Source: a virus (lineage: Duplodnaviria > Heunggongvirae > Uroviricota > Caudoviricetes > Crassvirales). Taken from it: a stretch of DNA of 64,000 bases. This document shows positions 57,607-64,000 of the stretch, piece after piece. A model generated the notes under the pieces. That model made no database searches. It worked only from the letters and a program-made list of their open reading frames with translations, and had not been told where the DNA came from. The position numbers and the translations under genes were made by a program. Every line of letters begins with the position of its first letter. The stretch's first letter is position 1. The stretch is from positions 1 to 64,000 of the IMG/VR virus record IMGVR_UViG_3300017605_000245, one strand, 5' to 3'.

Positions 57607-57922
57607 ATTTGATGAAGTTGTAGAAACTGTTTTAAATAGTATTCGAGATACTCTTGTTATAAAAGGACGAGAGTATCGTCGAAACAATAATCCATTTCAT
57701 AATTTTGATGTAGGTTCACAACGAAGTGGTCTTATACGTGAAAAAGTTTTAGATGGATTTCTATTAAAACATGAAATATCTATTGCAGATATCACAAACG
57801 ATTTAGAGAAAGGGATATTACCTAAAATTTCAACAATTGATGAGAAATTTGGAGATAATATTGTTTATCTAATTATAAAAATGGCTTCTATTATTGATAA
57901 AATAGAACAACAAGATGAGTAG
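57593..57922 (+). CDS. Hypothetical protein
   Basis: 109-aa ORF. Confidence 0.3.
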   Translation: MTETRFDEVVETVLNSIRDTLVIKGREYRRNNNPFHNFDVGSQRSGLIREKVLDGFLLKHEISIADITNDLEKGILPKISTIDEKFGDNIVYLIIKMASIIDKIEQQDE

Positions 57923-58697
57923 GACATTAGTTATAGGAGATATTCATGGAAATTATAAAGGTTTTAGACAAGCACTAGAACGATGTAATTTTAACAATGA
58001 CCGAGATACTCTAATTTCATTAGGAGATGTTGTAGATGGTCATAATGAATCTTTTGAAGTAGTTGAAGAATTACTTAGAATAAAGAATTTAATTCCGATT
58101 AAAGGTAACCATGATGATTGGTTTAATACTTGGATTCAAACTGGAGATAATCCTTCAAATTGGCAACAAGGTCAGAAAGCTACAGGAATGAGTTATTTAG
58201 CACATTCTAGACCAGAACAACCTTGGTTTGAATTTAATTTTGATAAAACTGGATTTGATATTTCAATTAAACCTAATGATATTCCAGATAATCATATTGA
58301 ATTCTTTGCAAATCAACTACCTTATTATATCGATAAAGATAATAATTTATTTGTACATGGAGGATTTAATCGTCATTATCCGTTAAAAGAACAAGGAGAT
58401 ATCTTATGGTGGGATAGAGACTTATGGTCACAAGCATTATCTTATAAAGGAATGTCTGCTGTTGAAGGAATTAAACATCCTAAATTTAAAATGGTCGATG
58501 AATTCAATGAGATATTTATAGGTCATACTTCAACTCAATTTTGGGGAGAAGATAAACCTATGAATGCTGCAAATATTTGGAATCTTGATACAGGTGGTGG
58601 TTGGAATGGTAGAGTAACAATAATGGATATAGATACCAAAGAATTCTGGCAATCAGATTTAGGTAAAGAATTATATCCAGAATTTAAAGGTAGATAA
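57915..58697 (+). CDS. PPP-family Ser/Thr phosphatase / ApaH-like metallophosphoesterase
   Basis: VIGDIHGN, LGDVVDGH (GDxVDRG-like), IKGNHDD: lambda-phosphatase/PPP signature blocks. Confidence 0.65.
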   Translation: MSRTLVIGDIHGNYKGFRQALERCNFNNDRDTLISLGDVVDGHNESFEVVEELLRIKNLIPIKGNHDDWFNTWIQTGDNPSNWQQGQKATGMSYLAHSRPEQPWFEFNFDKTGFDISIKPNDIPDNHIEFFANQLPYYIDKDNNLFVHGGFNRHYPLKEQGDILWWDRDLWSQALSYKGMSAVEGIKHPKFKMVDEFNEIFIGHTSTQFWGEDKPMNAANIWNLDTGGGWNGRVTIMDIDTKEFWQSDLGKELYPEFKGR

Positions 58698-59390
58698 ATG
58701 AGTAAAAATACAGTAGTCCTATTAGGACATTATGGTTCAGATGAGGTGATAAGTTGTTCAGCTTGGACAAGCACCTCTCGTGAACTTACAGATGAAAAGA
58801 GGAGTAGAATTCCTAAATTAATTAACATGTTATGGTCAGAAGGTCATGAGACACCATTTGAGAAGGCTACAATCCACTTTCTCGTAGATTGTGACATAGC
58901 ATCCCACATTCATCTTTTAAAGCATAGAATCGCTTCTATTAATGCTGAAAGTGCTAGATATAAAGAATTGAAGGAAGATAAAATGTATATTCCTGAAGAT
59001 TGGTATAAACCTTATCAAAATGATGATGACTATAAAGGTATTGCAAATACAGGTATTGGTCATACTAAATCTTTAGCTGACGCATTAAAAGTTTATTCTG
59101 AATTAGGTAATAGACTTTATCATGAATCATTAGAACAGTTATCTAAATACGGTAATCGTAAAAGAGCTAAAGAGTCTGCACGATTCTTTAAAGGTTATAA
59201 CTCTCAAATTCAATCTGACATTAGTTTTAATATGAGAAGTTTTGCTAATTTTATTAAACTCAGAAATAGTGAACATGCTCAATTAGAGATTAGAGAAATT
59301 GCACAACAAATGTGGGATTTAGTAGAAGGAATTGAAGGACAACCTTTCAAATATAGTTTGGAAGCAATTAGTAATCGAATTAATAAATAA
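58698..59390 (+). CDS. thyX: Flavin-dependent thymidylate synthase ThyX
   Basis: ThyX signature LKHRIASINAESARY (RHRxxSxNExSxRY). 230 aa. Confidence 0.75.
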   Translation: MSKNTVVLLGHYGSDEVISCSAWTSTSRELTDEKRSRIPKLINMLWSEGHETPFEKATIHFLVDCDIASHIHLLKHRIASINAESARYKELKEDKMYIPEDWYKPYQNDDDYKGIANTGIGHTKSLADALKVYSELGNRLYHESLEQLSKYGNRKRAKESARFFKGYNSQIQSDISFNMRSFANFIKLRNSEHAQLEIREIAQQMWDLVEGIEGQPFKYSLEAISNRINK

Positions 59391-59392
59391 TT

Positions 59393-59647
59393 ATGAGTGA
59401 TTTTAAAAAGAGATTAGAAGAAGAACATTCACTTCTTTTAGATAAAATTGATAAATTAGAAGATTTTACAAATAATATTGAGTTTAAAGAGATACCTGTC
59501 TCACAACAAAATTTATTACAAATTCAACTTCCAATAATGTATTCTTATGCAAATTGTTTAGCTTCAAGAATAGAAGATTTAGAGTTCTATATTTTAAATG
59601 AAGAAGAAATTATCAAAATAACTGATAAATATTTAAAAGAAAAGTAA
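59393..59647 (+). CDS. Hypothetical protein
   Basis: 84-aa ORF. Confidence 0.3.
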   Translation: MSDFKKRLEEEHSLLLDKIDKLEDFTNNIEFKEIPVSQQNLLQIQLPIMYSYANCLASRIEDLEFYILNEEEIIKITDKYLKEK

Positions 59648-59968
59648 ATGAAAAATAGAGAACAACTACAATTAGACAAACATGTTTTAGCTTGTATAAT
59701 GGAATGGTCTCAAGAAGATAAAGCTACTCAAGAACAATCTTCAGAATCTAAAGATTATGAATTAATCCAAAATGATATTAACAGTGTTGATGAAGGAGAT
59801 GGTGGTTTTTCAGCAACTGCTATTATTAAAAACATAAAAACTAATAAGTTTTTTGCTTTAGATTATGAAGAATGGGATTATGATTGGGAAAAAGGTGATT
59901 TTGAAAATTATAAACCTGAATTAATAGAAGTTTTTCCGAAACAAATAACAACAACAATTTATGAGTAA
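59648..59968 (+). CDS. Hypothetical acidic protein
   Basis: 106-aa ORF. Confidence 0.3.
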   Translation: MKNREQLQLDKHVLACIMEWSQEDKATQEQSSESKDYELIQNDINSVDEGDGGFSATAIIKNIKTNKFFALDYEEWDYDWEKGDFENYKPELIEVFPKQITTTIYE

Positions 59969-60263
59969 TATTTTAGAAAGAAAATTCACTCCTGGAGAAA
60001 TATGTGACATACTTTATGAAGGAGGTATTTATACTGAAGAAGGTGAACAAGAATTTGAAACAGTAGATGAAGAATTAACTTATTCTGATTTAGGAAAAGC
60101 GTATCTTCGTAAAGATTATGTTATTAAAGATTTGAAAACAGGTCTTTTCTATAAAGCAAATCTTATGATTGCTGATGATTTATCTTACGTTGAAGATGAA
60201 AATTGTAGAACACAATGGAAGGAAGTTCAAGAATTTACACAAGTAATAAAAATATATAAATAA
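59961..60263 (+). CDS. Hypothetical protein
   Basis: 100-aa ORF. Confidence 0.3.
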   Translation: MSNILERKFTPGEICDILYEGGIYTEEGEQEFETVDEELTYSDLGKAYLRKDYVIKDLKTGLFYKANLMIADDLSYVEDENCRTQWKEVQEFTQVIKIYK

Positions 60264-60266
60264 AAT

Positions 60267-60494
60267 ATGAATAGTACAATTAACACACCTAAAAGCTCTG
60301 TAATTAAGAGTTTATCATATGATGAAAACAGAAAAGATTTAACTGTAAGTTTTAAATCAGGTAAGCTTTATGTTTACACACCTGTTTCACAACAGTTTTT
60401 TAATAAATTACAACATGCTGAAAGTAAAGGTAAATTCTTTAATTCTAATATTAAGAATAATGAAGCTTTAACTTGTTTAAAACTGATTAAATAA
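60267..60494 (+). CDS. KTSC-domain protein
   Basis: SVIKSLSYDENRKDLTVSFKSGKLYVYTPVSQQFFNKLQHAESKGKFFNSNI matches the KTSC pattern (I.S..YD.....L.V.F..G..Y.Y..VP...F..L..A.S.G.YFN..I). Confidence 0.45.
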   Translation: MNSTINTPKSSVIKSLSYDENRKDLTVSFKSGKLYVYTPVSQQFFNKLQHAESKGKFFNSNIKNNEALTCLKLIK

Positions 60495-60747
60495 ATGAAG
60501 ATATATTCAATGCCGAGATTAAAAGATTTTTATGATGAACATGACCCAAGAGGTATGTCTTCATCAGAACATGATGGTTATCAGAAAGCTGTAGATGAAT
60601 ATTATAAATTAGGTTATTGGAATAAGTAATTAAATTAAGTTAAATATGAAAAGAAAAGACGAAATCAGAGATGGGGAAAGCCAAGACTTTTGCTATCAAC
60701 ACCCAGAAACGTGTTCAAATCCATTTTGTACACAACATAATTAAAAC

Positions 60748-60780
60748 AAAAAAACCCTACCTATTTCTAGGAGGGGTTTA
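60748..60780. terminator. Bidirectional terminator-like hairpin (A-run / hairpin / T-run)
   Basis: AAAAAAA-CCCTACCTA-TTTC-TAGGAGGG-TTT. 8-bp stem with one mismatch. Lies between convergent transcription units. Confidence 0.45.
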
Positions 60781-60914
60781 AATTTATCTCTATAGTAACA
60801 TAAGTACTATAGAAAGATTAGAACTTGGTAAATTACAGAATATTACATTAATAACACTAATGAAATTTACTGTATTTTATGGTATCACATTATGTGAACT
60901 ATTTACATGAATGC

Positions 60915-60960
60915 AAAAAGGGCTCACATAACCGTAATTGGTCGTGTGAGCCCTTTTTTT
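60915..60960. terminator. Bidirectional rho-independent terminator
   Basis: AAAAA-GGGCTCACA-(16-nt loop)-TGTGAGCCC-TTTTTTT. Perfect 9-bp stem flanked by an A-run and a T-run. It terminates the plus-strand block and the minus-strand gene that ends at 60968. Confidence 0.7.
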
Positions 60961-60967
60961 ACACCCT

Positions 60968-63900
60968 TTATTCATTGACTAAGCGATAGAATAATCCTTC
61001 CTCATATGGAGCAAGTAATCCTCTATTCATTCCTTGTAAGATAGCTTTAGAATCTTTATCAGGTCTTAATGAAGTTGGAAGTAATACTTTCTCAAAAACT
61101 TTATAAGCTCTTGGTGTACCATCTTTTCTTTCAGAGAACCATAATCCTGGTGATATTGTAAATTTACCTACATCCAATAAATCTTCAATTAAGTTCATTG
61201 AAGCAATTGGATTCTTAGTAACTTTATATGCATCATTAGGGTCAGTATAGAACGAAAGTTCTTGTTCTGTACGTCTAGCTAGCATTGCAATATACATTAA
61301 TGCTTCATCATCATCATCACCTGCCATACCTACTAATAACGGTACTAACATTGCTTGTAACATCATCATTATAGCTAACTCAGTAATTCCCTTTTTAATA
61401 TTAGATTTTTCATACTCAGTTAAAGTGTTCCAATCTTTACTAATTGTATCAAATTTAAGTTTAACAAGATTTTGAACTAAACCTCTAGTGATATATCTGA
61501 AAGTTGTTGTATAAAAACCTTCTTCATATTGTTGTAAAGATTCATTCCAATGTTTATCTTCTTCTGATAAATTTTCACGTTTAGTAAACATTTGAGCAGC
61601 ACCACGGTATCTTGCAATACCTAATGGTATGATGAACTTTTTATACATCATTAATAACTGACCCCACCAATGTCTTTGAATATCAGTTTGGAAGTTCTTA
61701 TCATATTCACCCATTGAATCAAAGATTTTCTTCTTGATGAATAATCTAACATTTTCTAAACCACCTTCTTCCCATTTAGTAGCTGTACTTTTATCTGTAT
61801 ATGTAAACTTAGTATTAAAAGATACTTCTTTAGTTTCAGCATCTTGGTCAACCATATCGAAGATTGAAGCAGCTTCTTTCTCAGCAACAACAACACCTTC
61901 TTTATTAATGTACTGACCCTTATCATTCATTACTTTAATAGACTTAAGTAAAGCCATGTTTAACACTGACTGAACCATATGTTCACCACCTGTCTGCATT
62001 ATCTGCAACATCTGTGGGTCTGTAATACCTTTCAATATAGTATTCTTAATAAAGTCATTCTGGTCGTGAGTTAAACCACCAAATACATCTGTTAATAAAT
62101 TTAATTGATTTACAAACGAATGCTTATTAGGTCTTCCCGCATCAGCTAATATATTAGGTAAATCCTTAGCATAAGCTAAATGTGCAGAACGTAATGCACC
62201 ACTATTAATATCTCCACCAATCTTAATCATAAATGTCTGAAATTCTGCATTTATAACATTGACAGGAGCGTTGAAGTAGTTTAGTGACATACCTAAGAAC
62301 GAAGTATGTTTATTTATAGATTGTACAATCTTGTTAACATCTTTACCTTTAATTTTAAATGCTTCCTCATAGAAAGTATTATATAAAGATTGATTGATAA
62401 TAGACTGTAACCTTTTATATTCGTTAGATTCAACACCTTCAAACGTAACATACTTAGTTTTAATACCAAATACATTTGATACTAAGTTATTAGTACCAGG
62501 TTTAGTCTTCAAATATTGTTTATCTCTAGATACATCTATAAATGAATTAAGTAACATTTCATTTTTAGACTTAACTTCAAAGTTAGTCTGATTGTAATGT
62601 TCTAATCTCATTAATGTTAATAAATCGAAAGATTGTTCTTTAAGTAACTGAGCATGTTTTTCAGGCTCACTAAACTTATTAACATTATTACGATACATGA
62701 TAGGAATATTATGAATTAACGTACCATCTTGACGATACATCTCTTGACTGTTATTCTCTAAATCATCAATCTTCCAATCTGTAAAGTTGGAAATCTTTTG
62801 TTTAATTGTATCTTTAACATTAACTCTACCTGAAGTAACACGTTCTAAGTTAGAAACTGTAGCATAAGGTAATGTATAGAAATCTACACCAAAACTTCTT
62901 CTAACTAACGAATTGTTTTTACCAAAAGTCTTTTCACTATTTATAGCAAGTTTAACAAACTCATCGTAAATAGCTTGTTCAGCCTTACTAAAGTTTAACT
63001 TATTCTTATATTTAGGATTAGGTACTAATAGACGACCTTCTTTAACTAAATTATCTTTTCTCCATTTAGTCAACTTTCCATATACTTCTTGAACTTCTCT
63101 AGATTGATTAATCTGATATTCAATCTTACCTTGTTTTCTAAGTTCAGCTTTAATTTTATTAACGTCATCTAAATATTTAGAATATTCATTAATATATTTA
63201 TCTCTAAACTCAATACTATATTCACCTTTTAAGAATGTTTCACCATCTTTAGTTGTTTCATATAGATTAGTAATATCATATTTACCTTTCTCTCGAACTA
63301 AGTCTTGATAAAGTTTATCTAAATTGAAATCATTACTACGAACAGCATTGTCAACAGTTGTCTTCATTTTAGTAATAACCTTCATTACAATCTGAATTAA
63401 TCTAGATTTAGTGTTAACAGCCGTTAATAAATTCTTATCAAAACCGTCGATATCTGCAGAAGGTTTATCTACTACATCGTTAATATCTTTCTCAATTCGT
63501 TCATCTAACTCAGTTTGTCTTAAAACAATCTGTTCATTCACCCATTCTTTCTTAGATAGTGGACTATCTGTAGGATATTCTTTAGCGATCTCAGCTCTAA
63601 ATTCTTGAACAACTTTCTCAGAATAGTAAGAATGTTTTAATTCTTGACGTAAAGATTCAGTAGTATAAGCTCTAAATTTAGACTTAACATCTTCATGAGT
63701 ACCTGCAATCAATCTTAACTTACGTTGAATCTCTTTAACAACCGTTTGCTCTTCAGGGGTCAAATTCTTAGTTCTAGTATCATTTAAAGTATCCATAATA
63801 GGCTTTAGTAAATCACTAGCACCTAAATAAGATTTATATCTCTCTATAGTTTCAAGCTTCTCTAACTCGTTAGTACTACCTTCAATTAAATCAAATACGT

Positions 63901-64000
63901 GATTAATCTGAGTAATCATAAAGTTTGTATAGTTATTAATAGCCTCAAGTTTATTAGTCTGTGCAGCAGCTGCTACTTCAGCATCTAACAATTTAACTTG
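60968..64000 (-). CDS. Partial CDS (C-terminal >1000 aa in window; N-terminus beyond 64000) of a large virion-associated protein (tape-measure or other large structural protein possible)
   Basis: The frame stays open to the window edge. The track's 'start' at 63991 is a TTG and the frame continues upstream. Mostly helical/coiled-coil composition with one hydrophobic segment (ITELAIMMMLQAMLVPLLVGMAG) followed by DDDDE. Own terminator downstream. Confidence 0.4.
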   Translation of the reverse strand, partial: QVKLLDAEVAAAAQTNKLEAINNYTNFMITQINHVFDLIEGSTNELEKLETIERYKSYLGASDLLKPIMDTLNDTRTKNLTPEEQTVVKEIQRKLRLIAGTHEDVKSKFRAYTTESLRQELKHSYYSEKVVQEFRAEIAKEYPTDSPLSKKEWVNEQIVLRQTELDERIEKDINDVVDKPSADIDGFDKNLLTAVNTKSRLIQIVMKVITKMKTTVDNAVRSNDFNLDKLYQDLVREKGKYDITNLYETTKDGETFLKGEYSIEFRDKYINEYSKYLDDVNKIKAELRKQGKIEYQINQSREVQEVYGKLTKWRKDNLVKEGRLLVPNPKYKNKLNFSKAEQAIYDEFVKLAINSEKTFGKNNSLVRRSFGVDFYTLPYATVSNLERVTSGRVNVKDTIKQKISNFTDWKIDDLENNSQEMYRQDGTLIHNIPIMYRNNVNKFSEPEKHAQLLKEQSFDLLTLMRLEHYNQTNFEVKSKNEMLLNSFIDVSRDKQYLKTKPGTNNLVSNVFGIKTKYVTFEGVESNEYKRLQSIINQSLYNTFYEEAFKIKGKDVNKIVQSINKHTSFLGMSLNYFNAPVNVINAEFQTFMIKIGGDINSGALRSAHLAYAKDLPNILADAGRPNKHSFVNQLNLLTDVFGGLTHDQNDFIKNTILKGITDPQMLQIMQTGGEHMVQSVLNMALLKSIKVMNDKGQYINKEGVVVAEKEAASIFDMVDQDAETKEVSFNTKFTYTDKSTATKWEEGGLENVRLFIKKKIFDSMGEYDKNFQTDIQRHWWGQLLMMYKKFIIPLGIARYRGAAQMFTKRENLSEEDKHWNESLQQYEEGFYTTTFRYITRGLVQNLVKLKFDTISKDWNTLTEYEKSNIKKGITELAIMMMLQAMLVPLLVGMAGDDDDEALMYIAMLARRTEQELSFYTDPNDAYKVTKNPIASMNLIEDLLDVGKFTISPGLWFSERKDGTPRAYKVFEKVLLPTSLRPDKDSKAILQGMNRGLLAPYEEGLFYRLVNE

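Noticed and set aside
60690-60730. Possible tRNA T-loop (gtgTTCAAATCCat)
   Set aside because: No flanking acceptor or T-stem complementarity. It lies inside a short candidate ORF.
1-64000. CRISPR arrays, integrase/attachment sites, transposases
   Set aside because: No regularly spaced direct repeats and no recognisable integrase or transposase motifs were seen anywhere in the window. The segment looks like a lytic-phage interior with no mobile element boundaries.

Overview
AT-rich (roughly 30% GC) double-stranded DNA phage segment with very dense gene packing. Genes mostly start without a Shine-Dalgarno site, and secreted proteins carry Bacteroidetes-style signal peptides, so the host is probably in Bacteroidetes/Flavobacteriia (inference). 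Layout: (i) 1-17.1 kb, minus strand: packaging and head morphogenesis module (terminase large subunit, portal, acidic scaffold, ~500-aa major capsid protein, head-tail genes). Embedded in it are a phage GroEL-like chaperonin with a possible co-chaperonin, a PhoH-like ATPase, and a ClpP/NfeD-like protease translationally coupled to an SPFH (stomatin-like) protein. (ii) 17.1-19.45 kb: ORF-poor strand-switch region holding a pyrimidine-rich 350-nt ORF-free block, two 27-nt direct repeats, and an isolated GC-richer gene with 'highly expressed' codon usage and its own terminator. Behind that lies a 1.2-kb AT-rich stretch with two more hairpin terminators and only tiny ORFs. (iii) 19.45-60.5 kb, plus strand: accessory and replication genes. 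These include an OMP-like beta-barrel, a tandem family of small 2-TM proteins, a tmRNA-like gene, two tRNA-like genes, family-B DNA polymerase, DnaB-like helicase, AAA_24 ATPase, a Zn-less DnaG-like primase, PD-(D/E)xK nuclease, class II-like RNR, ThyX, a divergent UDG, two HNH homing endonucleases, an SF2 helicase and two metallophosphoesterases. Also present are a NAMPT-like plus Prs-like pair (NAD+ salvage or NARP1-like NAD+ reconstitution) and a ~10-kb cluster of GS/GCS2-like carboxylate-amine ligases, ATP-grasp, two class-I GATase/C26 hydrolases, a class-II (Ntn) amidotransferase, a gamma-glutamyl cyclotransferase and an orphan acyl carrier protein. (iv) 60.5-64 kb: convergent bidirectional terminators, then a >1000-aa minus-strand structural gene running off the window. 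All calls come from reading the six-frame translations and the nucleotide sequence by eye; no database search was possible.
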